From: an uncultured virus (IMG/VR IMGVR_UViG_3300005573_001079)
Taxonomy: Duplodnaviria; Heunggongvirae; Uroviricota; Caudoviricetes
Direction: 5' to 3' (one strand)
DNA length: 64,000 bases
IMG/VR virus record: IMGVR_UViG_3300005573_001079
Span: 62,001 to 126,000 of that record
Shown here: positions 38,486 to 48,173 of the stretch, piece by piece
Position numbering within the stretch: the stretch's first letter is position 1
Layout of the letters: each line of letters opens with the position of its first letter
Position numbers and translations under genes: made by a program
The notes under the pieces: generated by a model
What the model saw: the letters and a program-made list of their open reading frames with translations, nothing else
Told to the model about the DNA's origin: nothing
The model's database searches: none

Positions 38486-39154
38486 TTACCATACTATACC
38501 TTTTTCAACAGTATATAAACCATACATATCTCTAAATTTAACGCAAATCTTTCCATTTTCACACAACTTTCTCTTAGTAAAAATACTTTTCATAATTCTC
38601 AAAAATTCATCTAAAGTAACTCTAGATTCAAAAGATGTAGAAAGTCGAGGTAAATCCTCAAAAGAAACCATAGGATAAATAATAACACTTCCGTATCTCT
38701 GTAATAAATCAAGTAAATCTTCAAAATAAAAATTTAAACTAGGATTGTTTACTTCCAAATAAACTTCTCCTAAAAAAGGAAAAAGATAATCTACCGGAAC
38801 TGGACATTTGATTATCATAATCAATTCATCATTATCTTTTTCAAATTTATAACCACACTCTAAAAGATAACTTAAAGACTCCTTTAAATAAACAGAAACT
38901 CTATCTACAGGAAGGAAAAATAAAATTTCTAAAAACTTAAGAGATCCCAACTTCTTCAAATCTTCAATTATATCTAATAACAAATCTTTGTTGATCACTT
39001 TTTTCTGATAATCAGTCATTACTTTTATTATATCAAATAAACTAACATCATTTTCGTAATTAATACATACTTTAGAAATAACTTCATTACTGCCTCTTCC
39101 TCTTCGTGCAACAAGAAAAGGTATTTTTAAGTCATTAATTGAGAGATATTGCAT
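38486..39154 (-). CDS. Degenerate FolE2-like protein lacking catalytic motifs
   Basis: Colinear by eye with 31958..32884 (e.g. FYFEDLLDLLQRYGSVIIYPMV vs LYIEDLIKSIEAQASAPTFPLL); no CPC, HNQR or ESIH; start at ATG 39154. Confidence 0.6.
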   Translation of the reverse strand: MQYLSINDLKIPFLVARRGRGSNEVISKVCINYENDVSLFDIIKVMTDYQKKVINKDLLLDIIEDLKKLGSLKFLEILFFLPVDRVSVYLKESLSYLLECGYKFEKDNDELIMIIKCPVPVDYLFPFLGEVYLEVNNPSLNFYFEDLLDLLQRYGSVIIYPMVSFEDLPRLSTSFESRVTLDEFLRIMKSIFTKRKLCENGKICVKFRDMYGLYTVEKGIVW

Positions 39155-39179
39155 ATCTATACCTCTTTTTTTGTTGTTA

Positions 39180-41879
39180 TCAACCACACCCACCTGTACT
39201 ACCACAATGAGTACAAGTATAACAAGTACCTGTTCTTACCATTAAATTTCCACAATTAGGACAAGTTTCTCCTGTTTGATACTCTTCTTTTTTCTTTTCA
39301 GAACCTAAATTATGAGAATGAAATGACAATAAATGTCTCATATACTTTGCTATATAATCTGGAATAGAAGAAGCAACTGGAATATTAGGATTACTTGTAA
39401 ATCCACTTGGTTCAAATTGTAAATTTTCAAATGCATCAATAATTTCTTCAGGAGGAACTCCATACTGTAACATAATACTTACTAAAATAGCAATCGTATT
39501 AACCAATCCATTTAGAGTACTACCTCCTTTGCTTATTTCTGCATACATTTCTCCTAACTTATGAGTATCTGGATAAAATCCGAATTGTAAAAATCCTTTC
39601 TGATTACCTATCCTAAACTTATGATTATATCCCGGTCTATCATCTGGTAAAACTCTTCTAATTGGTTTAGGTCTTCCATTACTCAATAATTTTTCACTTT
39701 TGTCTAAAGATAACGGTTGACTTCCTTTACATCCATCTCTATAAACAGAAATGCTTTTTAATCCTAATCTCCATGCTGTCATAAATATTTTGTCAATGTC
39801 TTCCTTAGTAGCATTGTAAGGAAGATTTACTGTTTTAGATATACCACCGCTGATAAAAGGTTGAACAGCTGCCATCATCTCAACGTGTGCGCTTGGAGAT
39901 AAAGTTAATTGCGGTAGAGAAGAAAAAGAAGTTTGTAATAATGGTAGGTGTTTTGCATCTAATAAAGAAAAGAGAGATTCTGGATCATTTTTTAATGATT
40001 TAAAAATAACATTTATTTCTCTATCTGTATAACCTAATTTAAGTAAAGCTTTCTTTACTGAAGGAACAGTTAATTCAATGAACCCTCCTCCTACCATTTT
40101 CTTATAATAAGTCAAACCTAAAACAGGTTCTATACCAGTTGTTTCTGCTCCCATCATAAAACTAATAGTACCAGTTGGTGCAATAACAACTACCTGTGCA
40201 TTGCGAACTGGTGAATGATTAGAAGGAAAATTCTGAATAGCTTGTTCAATAATATAATTTATCTCTGTTTTTATGTCTTCATTTATTTGAGAAAAAGATA
40301 AATCGTTCTTTAACTTCTCCATATAAGATAAGTGTTTTGCTAAAACTTCAGACACATATTCTTTGTTTGTTTCATATTTTTCAAAAGGTCCTAATTGAGA
40401 AGCTAATTCCTGAGATGTACTATATGCAAAAGATAAAAGAAGAGCGGTTATTGCAGCTGCATACTTACGTCCTTCTTCACTATCATAAGGTAATGTCTTA
40501 GATAAAAGTAAAGCTCCTAAATTAGTATACCCTAATCCTAAAGTTCTGTATAACTTTGTCTTCTCTTTAATATGTCTAGTTGGATAAGATGCATTATGCA
40601 CGGAAATATCCATTGCGGTTATAAATATTCTCACAGCTTGCTTAAACTTACTTATATTAAAAGAATCTCCTTCTAAAAACTTTAATAAGTTTAAAGATGC
40701 TAAATTACAACTAGTATCTTCTAAAAAGAAATATTCGGAACAAGGATTAGACCCTGTTATCTCTCCATCTGCTTTACAAGTGTGCCAATTATTAATATGA
40801 GTGCGAAATTGAACCCCGGGATCTGCACATTCCCATGCACTTTCACAAATCATATTCCATAAATCTCTCGCCTTTACCCACTTAATGACCTTTATATACT
40901 CATCTTTTTTCTCTAAATACCAATTACCTTCGTATTCAAAAAAATCTCCTTGAAATGTAGTTATAGTCTTAAGTTTTTTCTTATCTATATCGGGCAAATT
41001 TGTAGGATATCTTTCAAGTAATGCCCATTGTTGAGATGATATTAAGCATTGCATAAAAGAATCAGGTATAGATACTGACTGATTAAAATTTTGTAACCCT
41101 AACAAAGAATATACTCCGTTAGGATCATCAAAGTCTGCACTCCATCCTTCCTTTATCAAAATCTTTGCAGCCTTTTCAACTTGTGCTTTCTGTACTATAA
41201 ATTGTTCTATATCGCCATGGTCTATATCTAATTCCATCATTAAAGCACTTCTTCTTGTTTTTCCTCCACTCTTAGTAGCTTTCGCAATTTTGTCGGAAAT
41301 CTCTATAGGAACTAAAGGACCCATTGCAGTTCCACCTGTAGAAACTCTTTCTTTGCTAGATCTTAATTTGCTTCTATTTAATCCTGCTCCAGAACCTCCT
41401 CTAAATATACTCATTTCTATCTTCATATTATCTGATATAGAATCCATAGTATCATCTGCAGATAAAATAAAACAAGCAGAAACTTGCGGGTCTTTCCTCA
41501 CTCCTACATTAAAATATACAGGAGAGTTAAATGCTGCATATTGATAAAGCATTAAATATGTCAACTCATCTTTAAAAACTTCTGCATCTTCTTCAGTGTC
41601 AAAATATTTATCCGCAAGTCCTTTTTCATAATACCACCCTACTACTCTTGTTATTAATTGTTTTAAAGAGTATTCCCTATTTTTAGGAGTACTTCCTGCA
41701 AAATATTTTTCACAAACAATATCAACACTTGTTTGATCCCAAAATTCAGGAAACTCTACATTTTGTTGTTCAAATATTTTCTTTCCTTCTTTATTTGTAA
41801 TAGAAGAATTAAAATTCTTCCATGTAACGGTATTAAAAGGGTGAAGTCCTTCTGCTGTAAATACTCTTTCAAATTTCAT
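39180..41879 (-). CDS. nrdJ: Class II (B12-dependent) ribonucleotide reductase
   Basis: FNSP, SACFI, GGKTRRSA, NPCSEY, CNLASLN, APTGT, SKTVN, YRDG; C-terminal TSCPD-like region and CPNC..C..C zinc ribbon. Confidence 0.95.
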   Translation of the reverse strand: MKFERVFTAEGLHPFNTVTWKNFNSSITNKEGKKIFEQQNVEFPEFWDQTSVDIVCEKYFAGSTPKNREYSLKQLITRVVGWYYEKGLADKYFDTEEDAEVFKDELTYLMLYQYAAFNSPVYFNVGVRKDPQVSACFILSADDTMDSISDNMKIEMSIFRGGSGAGLNRSKLRSSKERVSTGGTAMGPLVPIEISDKIAKATKSGGKTRRSALMMELDIDHGDIEQFIVQKAQVEKAAKILIKEGWSADFDDPNGVYSLLGLQNFNQSVSIPDSFMQCLISSQQWALLERYPTNLPDIDKKKLKTITTFQGDFFEYEGNWYLEKKDEYIKVIKWVKARDLWNMICESAWECADPGVQFRTHINNWHTCKADGEITGSNPCSEYFFLEDTSCNLASLNLLKFLEGDSFNISKFKQAVRIFITAMDISVHNASYPTRHIKEKTKLYRTLGLGYTNLGALLLSKTLPYDSEEGRKYAAAITALLLSFAYSTSQELASQLGPFEKYETNKEYVSEVLAKHLSYMEKLKNDLSFSQINEDIKTEINYIIEQAIQNFPSNHSPVRNAQVVVIAPTGTISFMMGAETTGIEPVLGLTYYKKMVGGGFIELTVPSVKKALLKLGYTDREINVIFKSLKNDPESLFSLLDAKHLPLLQTSFSSLPQLTLSPSAHVEMMAAVQPFISGGISKTVNLPYNATKEDIDKIFMTAWRLGLKSISVYRDGCKGSQPLSLDKSEKLLSNGRPKPIRRVLPDDRPGYNHKFRIGNQKGFLQFGFYPDTHKLGEMYAEISKGGSTLNGLVNTIAILVSIMLQYGVPPEEIIDAFENLQFEPSGFTSNPNIPVASSIPDYIAKYMRHLLSFHSHNLGSEKKKEEYQTGETCPNCGNLMVRTGTCYTCTHCGSTGGCG

Positions 41880-41898
41880 AAATTTCTCCTTATTAATT

Positions 41899-42540
41899 TT
41901 AATAAAAACTACAATTTTTCTTAATTTTTATTAAAGCTTGTTCCTTTATTTGACGTACTTTTTCAGAATCTAAATGAAGTAATAATCCTATTTCTTTCAA
42001 AGTATAAGACTTAAAATAAGGTGGATCTAATCCAAAATATAATTTTATGATAGACAATTCCTTATCAGTTAACACTTTCTCTATACTCTTAACTATATCT
42101 CTATAAGCTTTTGTCTTAACAGTAATATCTTCACTTTCTTCACTTTTAATATTATCAAAATCAAAACTTTCTGGTATAGTATAAAATTGACTTGTTTTAG
42201 AGTAAAATGCTAAAGCTCTTCCTATATACCATAAAATATAATGTCTTGCATAAGTAAAAACTCTACATTCATAAGACGGGTCGAATCTTTGTAATCCATC
42301 TATTAACCCTAAATTACCTTCTTGAATTAAGTCCATTACATCTACCTGAGGTGGAATTTTATAATCTCTCAAAAGATAAATCACAAAACGTAAATGACAA
42401 TTTATTAATCTTTCTCTTGCATAAGAAGAACCTGAGGCAAATTGTATTAACAACTCCTTCTCCTCTTCTTTAGTAAGAGGTTCATATTTAGGATCTCCTA
42501 ATTCTTTTATATACTGTGTGAGAGTATGAGAAAATATCAT
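41899..42540 (-). CDS. Sigma-70 family RNA polymerase sigma factor
   Basis: LTKEEE, LINCHLRFV, DLIQEGNLGL, FDP, FTYA; region 4 TLKEIG...EKVRQIKEQAL. Confidence 0.9.
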   Translation of the reverse strand: MIFSHTLTQYIKELGDPKYEPLTKEEEKELLIQFASGSSYARERLINCHLRFVIYLLRDYKIPPQVDVMDLIQEGNLGLIDGLQRFDPSYECRVFTYARHYILWYIGRALAFYSKTSQFYTIPESFDFDNIKSEESEDITVKTKAYRDIVKSIEKVLTDKELSIIKLYFGLDPPYFKSYTLKEIGLLLHLDSEKVRQIKEQALIKIKKNCSFY

Positions 42541-42549
42541 AAAAATTTA

Positions 42550-42924
42550 TTATTCATTATTATACAATTTAATATTTCCGTCTTTACATACATCTAAATC
42601 TCCTTTAGCAATACTTTCAAACATTTTATTTAATGCAGTTACTAGCATTGGTCTTTTTATTTTAAAACAAATATCTAATTTCTTTTTTAAATCAACATAC
42701 TTACTAATATTATTTTTTTGTTTTGCCTCTGCTGCAAGATCTTCAAGTATCCATATTCGAATATTTAAAATTATTAGTTTTTCAATAACTTCTCCTATAG
42801 TTTCTGATTTTATCAACTCGATATTATTATCACTCAAAGCTTCTTTTTTAAAAGAAGCAACATTCCTTCTAAGAAGGTTGTTTAAAGTAACTGCAAATCG
42901 GTTGCTTACTTTTTTTCGTTTCAT
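42550..42924 (-). CDS. DUF4254-like helical protein
   Basis: ETIGEVIEKLIILNIRIWILED. Confidence 0.5.
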   Translation of the reverse strand: MKRKKVSNRFAVTLNNLLRRNVASFKKEALSDNNIELIKSETIGEVIEKLIILNIRIWILEDLAAEAKQKNNISKYVDLKKKLDICFKIKRPMLVTALNKMFESIAKGDLDVCKDGNIKLYNNE

Positions 42925-43814
42925 TTCTCCATCTCTTTTTTGTAAATTTCTATAGTTTGTTTAATTCCTTCTTGTAAACTCGTAAACTTATAATTAGAAA
43001 ATAATTGTTTAAACAACTCTATACTCATTGGTTTTCTAAACTGTCCGTTAGGCATATTTACATCAAAGTAAAAAGGAATATTATCAAAATTAGAAGAAAT
43101 TATCTTTGCAAGTTGTTTAACTGTATACTCTTTTTCATCTCCTACATTTAAAATTCCTGGAGTTGTAAATTTTAATAACGCCTTTTTACAAATATCTACA
43201 ACATCCTTTACATAAATAAACTGTCTCATTGGAGTACCATCTCCCCATACACAAAAAGCATCAGTTTTATTCTTCCAAGATACATATGCTTTATGAATTA
43301 AACTAGGAACTAAATGCCCGGATTCTTTTCCGAAATGATCATTAGGGCCATAAACATTACATAACACTAAACAATTGTAAATAACACCATACTGTTCACA
43401 ATATGTTCTACTCATTATATCTAACACTCTTTTAGCATAAGCATATCCATAATGTGCTTCATGAGGCATTCCATTATGAAAATCAATTTCTTTATAAGGT
43501 ATAGGAGCATCTACGGGATACGCGCAAGAAGAAGATAAAGATAATACTCTTTTAACCCCTACTATTCTCGCAGCTTCTAATACATTAGCATTAATAACTA
43601 CATTCTCATAACAATACCTTCCTTTTTCTTTAATGTTCCCATACACTCCTCCTATCTTGCCTGCAGTATGAATTATAGCATCTGGTTTAATATCAGAAAA
43701 CACTTTTATAACTTCATCTAAATTCATTAAATCACAATCTTTTCTACTAATCTTAACACCTACATCAAAATTACTTCCAATAAAACCATTTCCACCAGTT
43801 ATTAATAATCTCAT
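42921..43814 (-). CDS. fcl: GDP-L-fucose synthase-like epimerase/reductase
   Basis: GGNGFIG, SSSCAYP, YAYAKR, NVYGPND.F, HLVPSLI, WGDG.P.R. Confidence 0.9.
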   Translation of the reverse strand: MRLLITGGNGFIGSNFDVGVKISRKDCDLMNLDEVIKVFSDIKPDAIIHTAGKIGGVYGNIKEKGRYCYENVVINANVLEAARIVGVKRVLSLSSSCAYPVDAPIPYKEIDFHNGMPHEAHYGYAYAKRVLDIMSRTYCEQYGVIYNCLVLCNVYGPNDHFGKESGHLVPSLIHKAYVSWKNKTDAFCVWGDGTPMRQFIYVKDVVDICKKALLKFTTPGILNVGDEKEYTVKQLAKIISSNFDNIPFYFDVNMPNGQFRKPMSIELFKQLFSNYKFTSLQEGIKQTIEIYKKEMEK

Positions 43815-44788
43815 AAAAGCTTCCTCATTTTATCTAAATATTCTAAATAAAATGTTTTTTCATCACTTGTAATATAGTTAAAAAATAATGACGAATCTTT
43901 AGAAATGTCACTTAGTAATTTTTCATTATTATAATATCCATTTTTTTCATTTACAATATCTAAAATTATATCATGAGGATTTCTTCTTTGAAAAACAGTA
44001 GGTTTATCATAAACTACGATAGGATCCTTAAATAAAGACTCTATATAGTAGGATATCCATATATCAGACATTCTTCCTAGAGAAGAAAACAAAAAGTAGT
44101 AAGGTACAATTCTTCTATGCAAAATAGTATTTTGAGAATTAAAAGGAGAAAACCGTAAAGTAACAAAAGGACAAACACTCATATTAGAATCTGTACTAAA
44201 AAAATCTTCTGTTGATTTTAATAATCTGCATATACCATCTACATCAGGTTCTCCATACCAAAGATTAGTCTGGACATAAGGAGTAACTTTTACTTGTTTC
44301 TTTTTAACGAATTTCCTAAACTTCAGTTGTTTTAAAGGATAACCTCTGTGCCATACGTAAGGATGTTGTTTTACAATAAATATAGGATCCACTGTTTGAG
44401 CATTTACTCTATCTAAAAAATAACAAGTATATCTAGATTGTTTTCCTACTAAAATATTTTGACCCCATGCCCTAATTGGATAATTATCATCGTCTACAAG
44501 CGCAATCACATCTGCTCCTTGAGTATAAGCATAATATATACTAAACATCTTTCTTGTATCAGTGTTCTCTTTTAAAATAAAATGAAGATCACTATACATT
44601 TTCTTTTGATCATCTAAACTTAGATATACAACATTTTTATTATCTTTAGCAAATTTTTCATATATACTATCATCTGTCTTGCTATCTCCTGAAATAACCA
44701 AAGTCCAATCTGGATGATTTTTTGTAAAATAAGTATAAGATGTTTTTTCGAGATTATTAATAGTAGTTGTAGCAATAAATTTTTTCAT
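43811..44788 (-). CDS. STELLO/DUF288 (GT75/RGP-like) GT-A fold protein
   Basis: TTTIN, GDSKT, DDDNYP, WHRGYP, PDVDG, PFNSQNT, GRMSDIW. Confidence 0.65.
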   Translation of the reverse strand: MKKFIATTTINNLEKTSYTYFTKNHPDWTLVISGDSKTDDSIYEKFAKDNKNVVYLSLDDQKKMYSDLHFILKENTDTRKMFSIYYAYTQGADVIALVDDDNYPIRAWGQNILVGKQSRYTCYFLDRVNAQTVDPIFIVKQHPYVWHRGYPLKQLKFRKFVKKKQVKVTPYVQTNLWYGEPDVDGICRLLKSTEDFFSTDSNMSVCPFVTLRFSPFNSQNTILHRRIVPYYFLFSSLGRMSDIWISYYIESLFKDPIVVYDKPTVFQRRNPHDIILDIVNEKNGYYNNEKLLSDISKDSSLFFNYITSDEKTFYLEYLDKMRKLL

Positions 44789-45531
44789 AATACACCTTCT
44801 TTTTTACTCGTAGAAAAATTATTAATAAAATCAAGCAATTTTTTTGCATCTAATTTCCGTTGGTTTAATGTTTCTCTATAAAGATTATCAACTTCTAGCT
44901 GACGCCTTCTATAATTATTAAAATTAAAATCATAAGTAGTATCGTACAATGTAGAATCAACGATCCAGTGATTGTGTCGAACAATTACTTCCCTTAAAAA
45001 AATCCTTCTATTTATCATCTTAGCAATATCATCAATCCAATTATCTGCATAGTTATAAATAAATATTTTAGGAGTTAAATATCCTAATGCATCTACCCAA
45101 TTCTTATGAACAATTCCGTGTACTGCTAAAGACCCGTCGTTGTGTATTACATCATTTACACCTACATAAACAATCTTATCAGAAAAATCTTTAAAAACGC
45201 GCAATACTTTCTCATCCCAATTTTGAGTTTCAAACACAACATCATCTCCGCAAATCATATAATAATCTTTAGTAGCAATACTTAAACATTGATTCCAAAG
45301 ATCCGAAAAAATAACTTTAGGCCCCTTTTTAAATTTAACAACATCACAAAAGTCTCTTGATAAAATTTCTAACTCTTTGATTGTACTTGTATCGTCTTCA
45401 TCTGCGTAAAAACAAATTTCGTTTGATTCAGAATATAATGAAGTATTTAAAATGTTCTTAACTAAAGAGCGCAGCCTTTCATGTCTGCCTCTCGTAGGAA
45501 TTAATATTGATATCATAATTCTTTTCTCCAA
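44785..45531 (-). CDS. Glycosyltransferase family 2
   Basis: ISILIPTRGR, ADEDD, GDDVVF, YADNW. Confidence 0.8.
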   Translation of the reverse strand: MEKRIMISILIPTRGRHERLRSLVKNILNTSLYSESNEICFYADEDDTSTIKELEILSRDFCDVVKFKKGPKVIFSDLWNQCLSIATKDYYMICGDDVVFETQNWDEKVLRVFKDFSDKIVYVGVNDVIHNDGSLAVHGIVHKNWVDALGYLTPKIFIYNYADNWIDDIAKMINRRIFLREVIVRHNHWIVDSTLYDTTYDFNFNNYRRRQLEVDNLYRETLNQRKLDAKKLLDFINNFSTSKKEGVL

Positions 45532-46508
45532 TATTGTAATAAATCATTAGTAATATCATCTAATGACTTCTTAGCACTCCAACCAGTATCTTGTTTAAAT
45601 TTTGTACAATCTGGTATCTGAAGAGTTATATCTGTAGGTCTTACTCTTAAAGGATCAACTATTATTTGAAACTTTTCTTTTGGAATAATACTTTTACTTA
45701 ACATATTTTCTAATGCATCTCCTACTGTACAAGTATAATTTCCTCCTATGTTATAAATCTCTCCTACTTTCCCTTTCTTTGCACATAAATAATATGCATA
45801 TATAGCATCATCTATGTGAGAATATGTTCTAACAGAGTTTAGATTTCCTACTTTAATAAGATAATTCTCTTTTGTTTCTTGAGACTTCTCGTGAGAAACA
45901 ATTTGATAAGCAAAATTACTTAAAGCAAAAACTTCTCCTCTTCGAGGTCCTTCATGAGAAAACATACGAGTAACTATAATTCTCATTCCATATGCTTTAT
46001 AATAATATTGACTCATTAAATCATGAGCTACTTTTGATATTGAATAAGGATTTGCAGCTCTTATAGAATTAGTCTCTTTTATAGGGACCTCTTCAGGTGT
46101 TGGATTTCCATAAACCTCAGAACTACTCACAGAAATTATAAGAGGATCGTGTAAACCTAAATCTCTGAAATTTTTTAAAACTTCTAATAAATTAACAGTG
46201 CCAATTACATTTGTCATTAAAGTACTTATTGGAGCTTGAAAACTATAAGCAGGGTAACTTTGAGACGCAAAATGATATACATAGTCCAAGGATTTAAAAC
46301 CTTTAATAATATCCATTAAGCTCTTTATATCGAGTAAATCCCCTTCTACAAATTTTACTCTACTATTACTAAATAAATGTTTAATATTTTTATTAGAGCT
46401 CCTCCATCTTTTCAAAACATATATAAAAGAATCTTCTTCTTTTTTCAAAAGAAAATCAATCATATGACTCCCTACAAACCCTGTGCCTCCAGTTATAAAG
46501 TATATCAT
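45513..46508 (-). CDS. gmd: GDP-mannose 4,6-dehydratase-like SDR
   Basis: GGTGFVG, ASQSY, SSSEVYG, PYSISK, RMFSHEGPRRG, VGNL, RPTD. Confidence 0.85.
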   Translation of the reverse strand: MIYFITGGTGFVGSHMIDFLLKKEEDSFIYVLKRWRSSNKNIKHLFSNSRVKFVEGDLLDIKSLMDIIKGFKSLDYVYHFASQSYPAYSFQAPISTLMTNVIGTVNLLEVLKNFRDLGLHDPLIISVSSSEVYGNPTPEEVPIKETNSIRAANPYSISKVAHDLMSQYYYKAYGMRIIVTRMFSHEGPRRGEVFALSNFAYQIVSHEKSQETKENYLIKVGNLNSVRTYSHIDDAIYAYYLCAKKGKVGEIYNIGGNYTCTVGDALENMLSKSIIPKEKFQIIVDPLRVRPTDITLQIPDCTKFKQDTGWSAKKSLDDITNDLLQYWRKEL

Positions 46509-47317
46509 TTTTCTCCTCTCATCTTTTTTATCAATAATTCTTTATTAATTGCTGCATTTTTACAATCTTCTTCGTGAGAGAGATCATTTTCACATCTGTG
46601 ATTCTGATGAATTACAGCAGTATTCAAAACTCCTACAATCTTTACCTTATTGGAGATTAATGTATGACCTAGCATAGCATCTTCATATCCATATCCTGCA
46701 AAATCTTCATCAAAACCTCCTACTTTATCAAACACTTCTTTTAATATACAAAAATTTCCAGAAAAAATAGAGTCACATTTATGATAAAATTCTTCCTTGG
46801 AATTATCAGAAGATATAGAAGTTGTTTGATATCCATAAAAAGATTTGACTAAAGTATCTATCTTTTCTAAAGATGAATAATCTATCATCTCTTTACCATC
46901 ATTAATGATTATAAACTCATCCTTTAAATATAGGTATTTCCAATAAGAGTAAAAAGCACCTTGAATAACTTGAAAAGAATGATTGTTTATGTATCTTACA
47001 TAATTTTCTACATAATTTGGATATGTTATACAATCACAATCAAGAAAAATAATATAAGGAGTAGTAACCTTGGACGCTCCTAAGTTACGAACCGCAGAAC
47101 GGTTTTTAGGTAAATTACAAACAAAATAAGAAGAATTTGGAAAGTATTTTAAAAATAAAGATTTAGTATCATCATAACTATTGTTATCAATAGCAATAAC
47201 ATCAAAATTAGAAAACGTTTGATTTTTTAAACTTATCAAACATCTTCTAATTAAAGGTAGTCTATTAATATACTTACGTGAATCAGAAAATAAAGATAAT
47301 ACAATAGTTATATTCAT
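46505..47317 (-). CDS. Glycosyltransferase family 2 (with GT7-like C-terminus)
   Basis: DNNSYD, RNLGA, FLDCD, GGFDEDFAGYGYED. Confidence 0.85.
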   Translation of the reverse strand: MNITIVLSLFSDSRKYINRLPLIRRCLISLKNQTFSNFDVIAIDNNSYDDTKSLFLKYFPNSSYFVCNLPKNRSAVRNLGASKVTTPYIIFLDCDCITYPNYVENYVRYINNHSFQVIQGAFYSYWKYLYLKDEFIIINDGKEMIDYSSLEKIDTLVKSFYGYQTTSISSDNSKEEFYHKCDSIFSGNFCILKEVFDKVGGFDEDFAGYGYEDAMLGHTLISNKVKIVGVLNTAVIHQNHRCENDLSHEEDCKNAAINKELLIKKMRGEK

Positions 47318-47342
47318 AAACCTTTCTATATAATCTAAAATA

Positions 47343-47777
47343 CTATTTACATAAAGAATTCCATTCTTTAAATTCAGCTGCTAAACAATCTGTTTTATAA
47401 TCATATCCTTTCTCTTCTTTCAATTCTGATAAAATTCTGTTCTTCATTAAGTTTCTTATCCCATTTAAACTGTGTGTTAACTTCAACTTGTAAAGATCTT
47501 GATCTTTCCCTTCTCTAACTGATTTCTCATTATACCATATATGAGTATTAATTTGAGATAAAATTATCAGAGACTTTAGTAAAGTAGACGTTATCTTAAT
47601 ATCTTCATAAGATCTTAGTATCTGATCAATATCGTGTAATATATCATCTATCTCTTTTTCATACACATCTTTTTTATCTTCTATAAAAACAATCTTCAAT
47701 AAATCTATACTAAGTCTGTCTAATAAATCACTAATAGAAGGTAAATATCTTCTATTAATGTTTTTCTTTTTTTCCAT
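47343..47777 (-). CDS. DUF4254/DUF6165-like helical protein
   Basis: SISDLLDRLSI..LK, INTHIW.NE, LNGIRN..K..I. Confidence 0.5.
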   Translation of the reverse strand: MEKKKNINRRYLPSISDLLDRLSIDLLKIVFIEDKKDVYEKEIDDILHDIDQILRSYEDIKITSTLLKSLIILSQINTHIWYNEKSVREGKDQDLYKLKLTHSLNGIRNLMKNRILSELKEEKGYDYKTDCLAAEFKEWNSLCK

Positions 47778-47789
47778 ATAAATTATTCC

Positions 47790-48173
47790 TTAAACTTTTT
47801 TCTTTAAAGAAGAAAGAAAATTTTTGAGATAGGACTTGACTAAAAGCCCTTCTTTAGAGCTCCAAATTGCTCTCTTTTTCAAAACCTTAAAAGGTAATTT
47901 TTCGTTTTCAAATCTACAATCTATCTCTCTTAACACAAATAACTCCTTGTTAATCTCCTTGGATATCTTTTTTAAAACTTTTTCGTCTTTTGTAAGATCT
48001 AAATCCCCATACCAAATTTTTCCCGTGTTCCTTGTAATTATATTAGCATTAAATAAAACAAAATTTTTAGGATACAAAGTTTTATATAAACCCTTAGAAA
48101 AAGATAATAATCTTCCTAACTTAAATCCGTGTTTTTCAAACACATCTTTATATTTTTCATAATTAACTTTCAT
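47790..48173 (-). CDS. Hypothetical protein
   Basis: 127 aa; FNANI...KIWYGDLDL. Confidence 0.6.
   Translation of the reverse strand: MKVNYEKYKDVFEKHGFKLGRLLSFSKGLYKTLYPKNFVLFNANIITRNTGKIWYGDLDLTKDEKVLKKISKEINKELFVLREIDCRFENEKLPFKVLKKRAIWSSKEGLLVKSYLKNFLSSLKKKV

Noticed and set aside
40860..41030. Intein or intron in nrdJ (extra segment ERYPTNLPD...YIKVIKW)
   Set aside because: Only a few dozen residues, in frame, with no intein terminal motifs or homing endonuclease; a simple insertion.
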